From NCBI GenBank assembly GCA_051453625.1, contig JBOZIK010000001.1, positions 37,047,127 through 37,110,059 on the forward strand: a stretch of DNA of 62,933 nucleotides, given 5' to 3'. The position numbers were made by a program, and so were the translations under genes. The DNA is from Welwitschia mirabilis (taxonomy: Eukaryota). The stretch's first letter is position 1. The number at the start of each line of letters is the position of its first letter. This document shows, piece by piece, positions 1 through 14,329 of this stretch. The notes under the pieces are model-generated. The model had not been told where the DNA came from. It made no database searches and saw only the letters and a program-made list of their open reading frames with translations.

Positions 1-767
1 TAATCTTCTATCACAAGCATATCAGGTATAAAAGATGGTTTAGAAGTAAGGACAAGGGGGATATTTATATTTTTATATTGAAAGTTCTAGAACTTTAACC
101 CTAGAAGTCGAGGAGAAAACCCTAGTAGCTCACATGGGTTGCTTGACTCCATTTATAAAGATATTTCTTCCTAAACATGCAAAAATATCCATTGTCTCGT
201 CTATCATTGGATGACATAGGGGACGTCACGATGTGTCACATGTTTCCATGCCCCATTGTCAGCCCCACAGCTTTTGTCCATGTTAATAGTGTCATTGTCC
301 CTTCTGTCATGAGGATGACATAAGGGACATCATCATGCGTCACATGTCTTCATGTTCTGCTATGAGTCCTATAGTTTTTGTGCATATTAGATGTCATCGT
401 CTAGCCTATTATGGAGATGATCATGGGAATGACACCTCTTTATTGGCTTTAATATTTAGTCTTTATTACTATAATGATAAGTAGATATAGTGCAGTCGTC
501 CACTCTGTCATGAGGAAGATACTGGGGATGACATTCTTCTAAAGTTCCTCAAGTAAAACAAATCATCCTTTTTTGTTAGTAGTCTTCCTTTAGCATGCTA
601 AGTATTAAAACATATTTGAATTACCTCTAATTATGCTAACAATTATGTGTTTCTGTGATCACCCTATCAACTCTCCATAATCAGAAGAATTTCGTCCAAA
701 TCTTTATAAAGGTCCTGCAAAAGTATCGAAATACACTATCAAATTCCTACAAATTAGCATTGCAACA
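1..767 (-). mobile_element. 5' part of an Athila-like LTR (minus orientation) with internal degenerate ~100-bp tandem repeats
   Basis: The reverse complement of 730-767 reads TGTTGCAATGCTAATTTGTAGGAATTTGATAGTGTATTT, resembling the LTR start at 55622 (TGTTGCATGATCGAATTGTATGTATTTGATAGGGTATTT). Repeated GATGACAT..GGGAC.TCA..ATG.GTCACATGT units at ~210 and ~315, with weaker copies at ~415 and ~512. Confidence 0.55.
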
Positions 768-2179
768 TATCCCCCTACTTATCCTTGTTAGTCCCTGACA
801 AAGTGAGTAATTAACTATATTATAAGCCAATTTGCTTAAGGTAATCATCAACTATAGAAATGAAATTTGAGTTCTATTTTATCATATTGGAATAGACGAT
901 AAAAATTCATTAACTAATATAATTACTGTTGTTGTCATANNNNNNNNNNNNNNNNNNNNNNNNNNNNNNNNNNNNNNNNNNNNNNNNNNNNNNNNNNNNN
1001 NNNNNNNNNNNNNNNNNNNNNNNNNNNNNNNNNNNNNNNNNNNNNNNNNNNNNNNNNNNNNNNNNNNNNNNNNNNNNNNNNNNNNNNNNNNNNNNNNNNN
1101 NNNNNNNNNNNNNNNNNNNNNNNNNNNNNNNNNNNNNNNNNNNNNNNNNNNNNNNNNNNNNNNNNNNNNNNNNNNNNNNNNNNNNNNNNNNNNNNNNNNN
1201 NNNNNNNNNNNNNNNNNNNNNNNNNNNNNNNNNNNNNNNNNNNNNNNNNNNNNNNNNNNNNNNNNNNNNNNNNNNNNNNNNNNNNNNNNNNNNNNNNNNN
1301 NNNNNNNNNNNNNNNNNNNNNNNNNNNNNNNNNNNNNNNNNNNNNNNNNNNNNNNNNNNNNNNNNNNNNNNNNNNNNNNNNNNNNNNNNNNNNNNNNNNN
1401 NNNNNNNNNNNNNNNNNNNNNNNNNNNNNNNNNNNNNNNNNNNNNNNNNNNNNNNNNNNNNNNNNNNNNNNNNNNNNNNNNNNNNNNNNNNNNNNNNNNN
1501 NNNNNNNNNNNNNNNNNNNNNNNNNNNNNNNNNNNNNNNNNNNNNNNNNNNNNNNNNNNNNNNNNNNNNNNNNNNNNNNNNNNNNNNNNNNNNNNNNNNN
1601 NNNNNNNNNNNNNNNNNNNNNNNNNNNNNNNNNNNNNNNNNNNNNNNNNNNNNNNNNNNNNNNNNNNNNNNNNNNNNNNNNNNNNTACACATAAACGAAT
1701 CATAGAATGTAACAATAATAGTTCAGAAAATGATAACGTATATGCATAAATTTGAGAAAGTAATGCTAAAACTGATGTGTAAAACTTAAGTAGTAATAAT
1801 CTCAAATAATGATGCATGAAAAGTTTATTAATATTTTCTACAATGGTAAGATAATAGAGTAATCATAACATTCTTGTCTGAAACATAAATGTTAAAAAGT
1901 CAATAAGAGTGCTATTGTGCTCCTGCTTAAATAAATTCTATGAAATGTGTTCAAGTAGTATGAAATCATATGCAAACAACTCATTCATAAATATGTATCA
2001 TAAAAGCTTAAGTGATCCTTTAAAATTTATAAATTATGAATTTTTATGTAATATCATAGAAGAAAGCTCAGAGAGGTGTCTATCTTCCACCCCGCGGTCG
2101 CTCCCTCACACACACACAAAAAAAAAGCAAGATGTCTCGGGTTGCACAAAACAAAAAGGGTAGAAAAACAAAATCACAA

Positions 2180-3766
2180 AATAACATAGAATAAAAATAG
2201 ACGATCATCCTTCTAGTCATCTGGATAACAAAGGGAATGATAAGAAAATCCTAATTCTTAAAAAAAAACTAAAAAACCCAAGGCACACAGGTCATCATCT
2301 TCGCACATTTTCTGGATGATGAGGCAGACAACAGGAGATTTATTTTTGAATGCAAAACAAAAACTATGAAAAGAAAAACCTATGTTTCTACTATAAAAAT
2401 ATAGTACTACTATAGGTAAATATCCAAACTAAAATCCAAAGCACTCACCTATGCAACAACAATCCTTAAACTTTAAGCAGTCTTTCCGAGTAATGGCACC
2501 AAGATGTTGCAGTATGTATTTGTGCAAACATTACATTCTTACGTAGATCCTATTAATCATAAATATATATAGATTTTTCACAACACAGCACACTGATATA
2601 GATGGGAGTGATTTAGATGTTGTATTCTCTTAAAGGCATAGGTAAGAAGAAAGAGAATTGATTTCAAAAACAAAACACTATGTATCTTTAGAGTAAAATG
2701 AAATAACAATGCAGAAATAACAATGCAAATACACTATGCAAATGAAATGCAAGTCTAAACTAAATGCAACTTCAATCCAATTACCAAATCAATCTTTCAT
2801 GGAGACTAGCCTTGTATAACCTAGATCAATTAAGAAAATTCATCACCAGATCAAGAATAACCTAAGCTATCAGGTATATCAAACAGAATATGAAAATAAT
2901 GCAATGTTAATCTAAGAAAGGAAATGCAATGTGGATAAACTAACAATGCCAATCTTATCAAATGTTATCCTCATGATCTATATCACTAAAGAAGCTATCA
3001 CAGAATTAGAAGCAACATAAACTATAAGGTACATGCACAAAATAAAGATATAAAAAGAAAAATAGAGTTTTAATTAAAAGTAAATCAACATTCATGTTAC
3101 AAAGCAGCAGCATCACAATGAAGGATACACAACCCAACACCAAGGAAGACATCTCTTTGCAACAACAATGGATGGACCTCCAGCCCTTTAATCTTTTATC
3201 ACAAGAATTTTTGGTGCAAGCAAAGATGAAAATGAAATCAAGCATGGAGGAGGTATTTATTACAAAAAAGACTCTAAAACCAGATAATACTAACAGGTAT
3301 GTGAAAAATCCTAATAATCATGCAAGAAAATATGAGATAAATGGCTAGAGTTTGTTGAATTTTAATGAAGAATTTATCTCAATTGTCATCTTGCTAGTCG
3401 TTTAGATAATATAGGAGATGATGCCACCTCATAAGAGTTCCACATCAGCTACCAAATTGATTCAATCATCATCCTCCTTAGCTTAAGTATTTCTTTCATC
3501 TATATAGTCATCTAGATAATAAGCTAGACAATAGGCTTTTGTAGAGTTTTTCATGTATCACATTAGCCTCTTTGTTTATAGGATTTTTCTTCAATTAAAA
3601 AAATTGTAAATTGATTTAAATGCTATAAATGTAATGAAGATTACATATTTTTGTGTCATTCATCTTAGCTCTCCATTATCATCAAAATTCAACATAAACC
3701 TGTATAATGTCCTATAAAAACTACTCAAAATATCTTATCAAATACATACAATTTGACAGTGCAATA
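2180..3766 (-). mobile_element. Athila-like 5' LTR (2505-3766) with tRNA-Asp PBS and leader, truncated; same family as the element at 55622
   Basis: Reverse-complement similarity to 55622-57190 throughout (e.g. 3094-3210 vs 56180-56296). LTR ~1.26 kb with T(G/A)TTG...CAACA ends. PBS TGGTGCCATTACTCGGAA at 2484-2501 resembles TGGCGCCGTTGCCGGGGA. Confidence 0.8.
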
Positions 3767-4348
3767 TTATACATGTGTCACACTTCTTTAAGAGCTTACT
3801 GGTAGTGGATATCCCTTGAACCTTTTGCTTACTATCCATATACTTTAGAGACTATAAGTTAAAATGATTAAACCTCTTATGCCATAACCTAAAGTCTTCT
3901 TCTTACAAATTAACAATGCTTTAAAATCTATTTCTCTCTTCATGAGAATTAAGTTGTTCCTCACATATGAAACTAAAACAATGTTATTATTATTATTATA
4001 AATCTTGTAATTATGTTTTGTAACATAATACTTGAAAACTGTTATGTATTAGTTTACTAATAAATAATAATAATTAGAACATGCTAAATGCATATATTTT
4101 TTCATGCATAACACTAAGATATGTATCTATGTTGAGTATAGCTATGCCTTCCTCTATAACTTGAACTATAGTGCCATGTATAATCTTCACTAGAGCATGG
4201 TTTTTAACTTTAGAAAAAATAAAGCCTTACTAGATATCTGATGTGAACAACTAAAATTCATAATCCATGAAGGAGAATTGACTTTATATTTGGAAATCAC
4301 TAAGACATTAAATACCATCAGCTTTTTCTTATTTGAAGATGAACTCCC

Positions 4349-7300
4349 TGTTTGATAAAACATAAAATACAAAAGCATATCACATGCTTTATTTCCAAAG
4401 TATTTTAACACAACAAAGTAAACTCCCAAGTCCTGAGTAATAATAAATTATGTAAATTAGTTAGATAATTACATCTAATTAAGCAACATAACTACCCATA
4501 CATGTTTTCTATGAGTCACATCTCTTTATGTAATATATAAATTATACTATGTCATATCAAATGTGCATAATCTAGTTGTAATTAAATTCATTTAACTTAT
4601 ATTAAAAATAAAATTTTACATATATTTCTAATTTCTATTTTCATTTTGTGTTTGATTAAGATTTCCTATACTCTACTTCACTTTTGCATAAACTTTCAAC
4701 ATGCTATCAAAGAACAACTATGGACATAGCTCAAATATGGTTTTCAAACTTGATAATAGCATAGAATATGAAATATTTGATAAAGATACAAGTTTAACAT
4801 TTGTAAAAATTCAATATCAAGATGTTACCAACAAATTAGAAGATAACAAGAGAATGTGTTGTCTCTATAATAACAAATACATCAGGATTATGCCTTGTGA
4901 AATACATGAAACTTAATGATTCAAACTAAAACATTTGGAAGATGAAAATGAAAGGTTTTCTTATTGGACAAAGATTTAAAGGTTACGTAGTTCGAATTGT
5001 ATCCATAAAGAAGGATGACGAAGAAAAATAATTAAACTTATCTTAATATTAAATGTAAATGACAACATTACTTTTGATTCTTCATAGAAAGGAATCTAAA
5101 GAGATTTAAATCTTCATGGAGGATACCTTTAAAGTGCAAAATGAAGCACATAAGTAACTATTAATTATTGAGTTCTTTATCCTCAAACTTGAGTATCTTG
5201 AAATGTCACACATCTTAAAAAAGGGATTATCCATCGAAAAGTACAAATTAGGAAATAATATGCTATAATAAATGAGAAAATGATGAATTTCACTCTACTT
5301 TAAGATTTATGTCTGAAGTTTAATGTATTTTATAGAGCATTAAAACATGTTAATAACCATGTTTATTTTAATGGTTAATAGTGAAAGTCCATTAAGCCAA
5401 AATAAAATTGGAAAAACAAAAAAAGGGAAGGGAAAAGAGGAAAAAAGAAGTATAGACTTGTCATATTTAAGGAAACATGAAACCAAGAAAAAAGAAACCA
5501 AAGTTTTATAANNNNNNNNNNNNNNNNNNNNNNNNNNNNNNNNNNNNNNNNNNNNNNNNNNNNNNNNNNNNNNNNNNNNNNNNNNNNNNNNNNNNNNNNN
5601 NNNNNNNNNNNNNNNNNNNNNNGTTCTATAATACAAGTTCATCATGTGCTATATGAAGATGAAAGATGTCTAGTAAAAGAAAATTCAAGTTAAGCCACAT
5701 GAAGTGGAAAAGAATTTATTTATAATGTGAATGAAATAAGAGATAAAGATCCAACTACTATTAAAAAAAATACTTGAAAACCAAAATTCAAAAAAGGCAA
5801 TGTAGTAGAAGTATGATATACTCATGAAGAATCAAACTTGGGAATTTACCAAAGCAATGAAAAAGCCAATTGATACAAAATGGTTGTTTTGTATGAAGTA
5901 TAATGAAGATGTACAATCAACAAGTACAAAGCTAGGTTCATTGTTAAAGATTTTGTATAAAAGAAAGGAATTAATTATAATGAAATGTTTTCACCTATAA
6001 TAAATAATTGTATCATATAAATTATTTTTTTAGTAGTTTAGCATAACTAGGCTCTACATGAGCTTAATGTCAAATCAGAATTCCTAAATAAAGACATTGT
6101 AGAAGAACCTATATACTCAATCTAATGGCTTTAGAATTAAATAATACAAAACAAAATTTTATAAATTAAAGATATCCCTATATGGCCTAAAAGAAACTTC
6201 TCAAGTATGGTTTCATAAGATTTAATGGAATCCTTAAGATTTTTCTTTCAATAAGTCTCTTATAGATATAAACATCTACATAAAATCATATCATGAATAC
6301 AAAAGCATAATAAGACTATTACTTTATGTTAACAACACAATACTAACAAGGGAGTGTGAACTTGAGATTAAGAAGTCAGGGATGCCCTTAGTAAAAGATA
6401 TGAAAGTTTAGACCTTGTAGCTTTTAAATATTTTCTAAGATTTAAAATTTTAAGAAATTATGAAACTATAAAACTATTTTAAGAAAATTATGTTAATGAA
6501 ATACTTAATGAACAATAGTTTAGAAAATATCAATGATGAAACAAACTTATGGAGCAAAGTATAAAGATAAATCCTAATAAAATAATAAATAAGATTAATT
6601 TCATAAAATATTAAAAGTTAATTAGTAAATTAATATATGTAATTAATATAACACTAGATATTACATTTACTATTACTATTCTTTTCAGAGATATGCATTC
6701 TCCAAATTAAACACATCTAAAGTTGGAAATCAATATATTAAAGTACTTAACCAGAATCATAAAATATGCCATAGTCTTTAGAAAAGATAAAGAAATTTTA
6801 GTTAGCTACATACATTCAAATTGAATTAGTGCCAAAGATGGTGGTTTAACCATAACTCATGTCCTTTAGCTTAATAAAAATAGCATTTATTGATTAATAT
6901 AAAGACACAAATAACTAAACTTTCCTCTACTAATGTAGAATATATTATAGCAAAAATTTTATGTTGTGAATTGAAGTGGTTCCATCAATTCCTAAATGTT
7001 CTTAGGAAAGACACTAAAATTTTAATTTCCATCCATAATGGTAATTAAAGTACAATAAAATTTATGAAGAATCCTGGACGTGGTGAAAGAATAAAACATG
7101 TGAAAGTTAAGCTCCATTATGAGAGAGAATTATACTTAAAAGAATTCATCAAACCAAGCTACATTAATAGATAGTGACAGATAGAAAATCGACTCACAAA
7201 ATTAATTAAAGAAAGAAATTTTTAGCATTTCATGAAAACTTTATAAATCAAAGACAAAGGCTTAGAATTTTAAGGAAGAGTATTGGATAAAACACAAAAT

Positions 7301-7650
7301 ATGAAATAAACCACTATTTTTTCTTCCAAATATCCTATAATATTAAAAAAAACTCCTATGTTATAACTAATAATAAATTATGTAAATTAGTTAGATAATT
7401 ACTCTTAGTAAAATAACATAACTATTTATACTTGTTTCATGAAGAGTCACATCTATTTATTTACAATATAAGATGTGCTATGCCACATTAAATATGCATA
7501 ATCTAGTTATAATTTAATTTATTTAACTTATAGATTCTATTGACAATGAAATTTTTTCCTTTATTTGTAATTTATATGTACTCATATTTTTATCGTATGT
7601 TTTATTAATATTTCCTATACTCTATGTCACTTTCATGCAAACTTTTAACA
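4349..7650 (+). mobile_element. Degenerate, internally deleted Ty1/copia LTR retrotransposon with both LTRs
   Basis: 5' LTR 4349-4701 and 3' LTR ~7281-7650 share long blocks such as TAATAAATTATGTAAATTAGTTAGATAATTAC. PBS-Met-like TGCTATCAAAGA at 4702. PPT AAGGAAGAG at ~7272. RT remnants: KYKARFIVKDF (~5921), LHELNVKSEFLN, LYGLK (~6178), LYVNN for YVDD (~6322). RNase H remnants: LSSTNVEYI, RIKHVKVKLHY. Many stops and frameshifts. Confidence 0.85.
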
Positions 7651-7789
7651 CTTGACTGACATGTTCCTCTTTAGATGATATTTAAAAACATTCACTAATT
7701 GCTTATGTGAAAAGCATCACATTTTTTCATGTGGATTATAGCATCTTCTCCTCTATAAATATTATGACTAGAAGATGTATTCTTGCGTT

Positions 7790-9110
7790 TCTAGTTATCA
7801 CCCAAGATGTGCTCCAACTGAGCATCGTGTCCTCTTCTTCCCTCATGGCTTGAACCATGGTTTATTCTTATTTCTAAAGAATATGATTGTAAGTTGATCT
7901 TTAATTTGAGAAAAGTGTTGTTGGAACTCTTTTCTCGATCATTCACTTCAGAGTTGTAACTCTTCAAGAAACCCATCAACTTAATCAAAGAGAACTTGAA
8001 GAGATCTAGTATATGCGTCAATGACATCCCTAGTGCATTAAATCAAGGTATAAGAGAACATATAACCTTTTTAATAATTACCTCATTTATGATGTCCTAT
8101 CTCTTAAGCTCCATAAAATATTCATAATTTCCCTAGGTCTCTTGTTAAATTTGTTAAGAGATTAAAAACTTTCCATTTAGATAGTCTCAAAGTCCCTTTT
8201 CGAAAAAAGAATCTTTCCAATCTAAATGCAATCTAAACCCTTAAACTCAATTTTAAAAGTATTTTAAGTTTACTTTGATGATGATAAGTTGATGATATTA
8301 GGAATAACATCCTCAAATACCTAATCTAGGAGTATTCATAATGCTATAAATTCCTCCTTCCTATTGTCTAACATCACTTTCTATGTTATGGCACCTAGCA
8401 TGATAAACTTTTGAAAATTCTTCTAATTCACAAACATATTTTAAATGATCTTAAGAGAATATTAATTTTGAAATACATGCATTATGTGTTTTAGCAAATA
8501 AACAAAATTTCTAATAGGAGAGGGTACTAAAATGTTCAACTCGATGTTCTATCAATTACTTCTCATTCATTTATATCATCAAGAACCTCTAAATACTGGC
8601 TTTGATACCACTTTTAATAAATGGTATAGCTTTGATACCACTTATTACAAATAGGATGGCTTTAATATCTTTATTATAATTGATATGTTGTAATACCAAA
8701 ATACACATGATGGAAGGTTCTTAAGAATAATCAAAAGAAAGAAAGAATTGTAAAAAAGAGAAAGATGTCTAAGAAATTATACACTCAATGCAATTATACT
8801 TTGTCTCTAAAATAGATGAATAGCTGTCTAGCCCTAAAGGATTTATACAAGAATATCATATGAATTAAACCCAAAAAACATTAACAGGAAAAATTCAAAA
8901 GCTACTAATATAACTCTAGTCATGTTGGACTTAAGTTAGGACATAACTTTGTCTCTAATGAATATTAAACTTAATCATAACATAACATGACTATATAAAT
9001 ATATTTATCTTTCATGTAAGAAACTCATATGTAACTAACTCATGATTCTAGTAATCATGATTATAGTAAAGTAAAGATATGTGACTCATGTCTAAATACA
9101 TAACTGTAAC
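7790..9110 (-). mobile_element. Ty1/copia 5' fragment: degenerate gag, tandem PBS-Met copies and probable LTR
   Basis: GCTTTGATACCA (reverse complement of a TGGTATCAGAGC-type PBS) at 8599-8610 and 8629-8640. Downstream minus-strand sequence resembles the copia gag at 26000-26780. The LTR boundary is approximate. Confidence 0.6.
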
Positions 9111-9299
9111 AAGCACTATTCATGATCTAGATTTATAACAAAAAAGTGTTTCTTATAGTAAATTTTCCTTTAAAAAATTTCATTCTTAACTTCTCCATTA
9201 AAAATTTATTATCTTTATTGATCATGCTTTCTCTAGATATCTTTGGAATAAAATATTTACTATGCCTTATTTAATTAAACGAAGTCTCTTATTATAGAA

Positions 9300-10790
9300 A
9301 TGTAGAAATAAAGAATTAGAAAAGAGTTAAAAAAATAGTTGTTAATCATGTTTTTCATCTTTCATGTATAAATGGTTTATTTCTATTCATTAATGTTTTT
9401 CCCCTATGAGCAACTTTATGCATCTTCTTTACATCCTTTTTATGCTTTTTATGTTAGTTACATTCACAACCAAGTTTTTCTTACTAATCTTACTAAAGAT
9501 GAAAGACCAATCCCTTTTATTAATTGATAATTACCTTTGGAAATCACCTTTTATGTAGAGTTATTGTTCTGATTAAATTCTTAGAAGATGTATTCCCTAT
9601 GAGGTAGTAATGAAAGTCTTAGAGTTATCTCATGAAGGTACTTACAGAAGTCAATATTTTTCTTGGAAAATAGCTAACCTAGTATTATAAAGTCAGTTAT
9701 TTTAACCAATTTTCTATAAAGATGCCTACCTATATTATAAAACCTATGAAATTTATCAAAAAATAATAACATATCTAAGAGAGATACGATGCCTTTTAAT
9801 GTAATTATAGAATTTAAATCTTTTAATATATGGGATGTAGACTTTTAGGAACCTTATCCATCTTTCTTTGATTGACAATATTATATTATTAAATGATTAT
9901 AAGCTTACCCTTATAGATATGATGATTTTAAAATGATTTCAAGTTCCTTCACAAGAATATCTTATCTTGGTTTGGAATTCCTAGATTCCTTGTTATGATG
10001 ATGGTACCAATTTTTACCATAAAATCTAGAAAAAATTCTAAAGAAATGTGTCATAACTCATAAAGTATATACCCCTTATCACCTGATGGCCTAGTTGAAA
10101 GAGTCAAAGAAGAAATTAAAAACTAAAGCATTAAAGAAATATGGCATAACCTAGAATGTATCTATCCATTATCACCTATAAACCAATGATGTAATTAAAA
10201 GCTTTAATAAAGAAAGTAAGACTATCCTTAAGAACATTATTTAAAAAGAAAAGGGAAAAAAGTGAAAAAAATTCGTAATTAAAACTAGATAACGCACTTT
10301 CAAAACATAGAACTACTTATAAAACATATTTAAGCATGTCCTCTTATAGATTGATCATGGAAAAAAGCTAGCCACCTACTAATTGAATGAGAATATAAAG
10401 AATATTGAATGCTAAAATCCATTAATTTGATTTTAGAAAAATTAAAAAATAACAAAATTTAATCTAAATGAATTAAAGAAAATCCTCAATAAAACCTATG
10501 AAAAAACAAAATTTATAAGGAAAGAATGAGAATGTTCCATGATAAACATGTCCAAAGGAAAATTTTTGTATTTAATGACTTGGTTATGCTTTATGATTCT
10601 AGACTATATAAATTTTATTTAAAGCTTGTATCTAGATAAATTAGTCCATTCCAAGTCTTAAAAGTATTTTCTCATTATGTTGTTAAGATTCTAGGCCTTA
10701 AGGATAACCATTCATTTAAATTCAATGGTCAAAGAATTAATCATTTTAAATCATCTATCCCAATAGGTCAAAACTTGGATTCTATTCCCT
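9300..10790 (+). mobile_element. Ty3/gypsy (Athila-like) integrase pseudogene fragment
   Basis: Decayed motifs FNIWDVDF/GPYP (~9822-9860), LDNAL..RTTYKT (~10285), FHDKH (~10536), LYDSRL (~10589), FKFNGQRINHF (~10715). Confidence 0.75.
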
Positions 10791-10795
10791 TACCT

Positions 10796-10797
<2 letters not shown>

Positions 10798-10870
<73 letters not shown>

Positions 10871-10905
10871 CTTTATCTCTATCTCTCTCTCTATCTCTAT
10901 CTCTC
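10798..10905. repeat. Compound microsatellite (CA)n(CT)n(AT)n(ATCT/CT)n
   Basis: Directly visible. Confidence 0.95.
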
Positions 10906-13900
10906 CATAATTACATACAATTATGTATGGGTGTGTGTGTGTGTAAAGAGAGATTTTGAGTAAAACAAAGTTAAAATTAGTGATATACAAGAAATGAGTA
11001 AGATCTAGATTTAGGTCCACAATTCATCTAGTTCATTTATAAGATGACAATCTCATAGGTTTCTCTCATTATTTATCTAAATGGGACTTAATTAGGTTGG
11101 AGACCTCTTTGCTTGTATATAAACTCTTATCTTCTTATGTTATGCATTCATCTTACCATCCATTCATCATTAGATTCTTATGTCATGATGTGTTGCATTG
11201 TACTTTACAATGTTTAATCTAAAGTAAACTTGAGAAACTTTGAAATACTTTGATGCTATCCACTTAGTAACATGAGTGCATTGCTAAAGGAGTACCTCAA
11301 AGGTACATGTGGGAAGGAAATAATCTAGTTATTAAATTGTGCTTCTAGATAAAATATGAAGAATTAACACTTTGTCTCCAGATTCTTATTTCATGGTATT
11401 AAACTTTAAGAACTTTGAAATACTATAATGCTATTCACTTAAAATGCAAAGGCATTATCCAAGCAGTGTCTAAAGTGAAACATGCAAGAAGAAAATAACC
11501 TTGTTATTTTGTTGTACTTTTAAGAAGACATAACAAATCAATCATTTACTTAAACCAAAAAAAAGAAAAAGTCAATCTTAAAAATTAAAAATAAAGCTTT
11601 GAAGTTAATATCAAATATCCAATAAATTTAGAAAATAAAATCTTTAAAAAAAAAGATCACCTTCTATTTGCAGATTGCTCATTCAGCATGTGGGAGACAT
11701 ATACACCCATAAATATCTTACTACTATGGACATAACAAAGTTGGATGCAAGTTTGGAGGAGCCTTTTCATTCGAGGAAACCATGCTTTCATATTAGTGAT
11801 GAGCTTTGAAAAGTGACAAAGCAGAGCAATGGTGTCATATATATTAAGAATCATGACAAGCATAAAGTCTTAGTCATGGTAGGTTACTAAGATAAGAATT
11901 TACTTATGTTCATTAAGATAATTAAATTTATGTTCCTTTCTCTCCTTTTGCTTAGGAAAATTAGGAATCATACCTTGATTAATAGCATTAGGAGCAATGT
12001 GATTTGATGATAGAACTAGGTATAGAAGTTTCTTTCAATGTTTTCTTAATTTCTAATGATGTAAGTAAACACTAAGATATTTTATGAGAGGAAGATCAAA
12101 CTTTAAGATGAAAATAAAATTTTAAAAATAATTCTATTAGTGTTTCTTTACCATAAAACTTGAATTTTTTCTTGAAGGGCCTCATTTTCATGCCATTTCT
12201 TTGCAAAGCCTACTTTGTAATAATGCCAAAATCATTCAACTCTCTTGTTAAAGGAATGTGGAAACTATTCTTGATTAGACCTTTGCTAGCTTTTCTAGTT
12301 GACCATGGGGGAGTTATATTCTATTATTTTCTCTTTTATTTACTTTGTCCTATGTTTATATTCTAATTATTTAGATCTTCCATCTATATCTCTCTTTAGA
12401 TGATTTGTATTTTGAATACTTAGATGTATTATCCGCCTATTTCAATAGGTAGACAACACCGACTTTTCTTCCATTTTGAGTATCAATTTATGCCATCATT
12501 TTAAGTTATCTCACACATGTTTTGTATGAGTACATTACTCCTATTTGGTTGTAGGATGTGGGATTTAGAAATTTTCAGCAATTTTTATCTAAAAAATTAT
12601 ATATATATATAGGAAGTAGTTAGTGTTGGAATGATAGGATCTATGGGTGCTTGTTAAACCATTGATTAAAGGTCTATAATCTTTGGGAAGGATCCACTTT
12701 ACTCAAATAGCCATTAGATACTAAAAACTTGAAAACACACATGATTTCATATGATGTTTCTTCGGTAAAATTTGTAAAATTTTAAATATTTATCAATTCA
12801 TGCAATTATGTGTTTCTGTGCATTAAATTATATACTTATGTTAGTTTGTATTTCATCTATGATTTGTTATTAAATATACCACATAACATTTTTAGCATTT
12901 TACACACTAATTTATATAGTACATTGGCATATTTCCACATAATCATAAAATCTTTTGGCATATTTCTAACCTTAAATTAGCTATGCACATAATTTTCATC
13001 CTATGCTGATATTACTAAGGAACTAGTAATAAGCTATTTATGAATGTGCTAGAATGTAAATTTTATACATTTTAATCCCTTCATTATCCTTGTTTTATCA
13101 TCTTAATATTTCTATCTATTATATTTTACTTATGAAATCACAGTCAGGGTCCAAGTTACTGAAATATGTTTTTTGTATTATTTTTTATGTGAAATTGAAT
13201 GTATTAATAAATTTCCAAGAATAAGACTTGTAAAGCATCACAACTAGGAGCCAAACTTTAGAAGAATAATTTATATTAATGTATGGGCTAAAACTATACA
13301 TTAAATAGCTCCAAAATATATTTTATCAAAAGAAATACTTGTAATATAGCCTTAATCATCTACATTGTGGAGAAGACATCTTTGATTTGGATGTGGATTA
13401 TTTTATTCTATACCTATGCTTAGAAGACTCTATGGCTACTAAGCCCTATTGGCTAGGAAGCTAATCTTTAGATACGTGAAACTAAGGATGTACTGATCTT
13501 GCACCTTTGAGATATTGCTGCAACATTTGGTGATATTCATCTATAATAAGATGTTAATATTTAATGGTGATTTCTATTCTTAATGATGTTTTTATTAATG
13601 TTTTCATGTTCTTTTTCAAACCATTAATGCATTTTATATTTGGTAAGTTGTCTTATCTTTTACATTAGTAGATTCTTATAATTTAAATGAATAATAATTA
13701 TCATGTGATTTTTATACTTTTTAGCATAAATAAAATCAAGATTGGTTAAAAAAATGAAGTTCATTATATTCTAGACATTGCATTCCTATTTTAGGATGAA
13801 CCCCTTCCTAACTTTATAATATTGAATTTCAAACTAAATTCTTTTGCAATTGTTTATTTAATAAATCCTTAGAGCTTTAGTATCATTGATATGATTCCTA

Positions 13901-14329
13901 TGAAAGAACAACATTCTTAGTTTTAATTTAGATGACTATACCACAACCACAAGTCCCAAGGGATAGATTAATTCAAATGCTAGTAGTAGCAACACAACAA
14001 CATTTGTGGGTTATTGTTAATTTAGTCCATTAAAGAAACAAAGGTATATTCTTTCCTTCATATATGATTACTCTAAAATGATCTTTACATATTTCTTGAA
14101 CCAGAAATTTCAAGCTATGTTGACTTCCTAAATATTTAAGATAGTACTAAAAAATTAGTGACAACAAAATCAAAATGTTATGGATTGATGATAAAGGGGA
14201 ATATTTGTCATAAGAGTCTAAAATACGACTAGCAAATTGTTGTATATAATATGAAGTAATGCTTTCAAATAACTTGATATCAAAAATAAAACTTAACAAT
14301 AACCAATTCAAGAAAAATTATCAACTTGG

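Noticed and set aside
882-1817. Long ORFs spanning N runs (also ~14672, 30948, 38968, 40188, 42412, 45124)
   Set aside because: They are open only because N codons are not stops.
8597-8698. CRISPR-like repeat-spacer pattern
   Set aside because: Plant context with no cas genes. The repeat is a retrotransposon PBS and the 'spacers' resemble each other.
13040-14015. Possible additional gypsy LTR
   Set aside because: It has LTR-like composition and a CAACA end, but no partner copy or convincing PBS.
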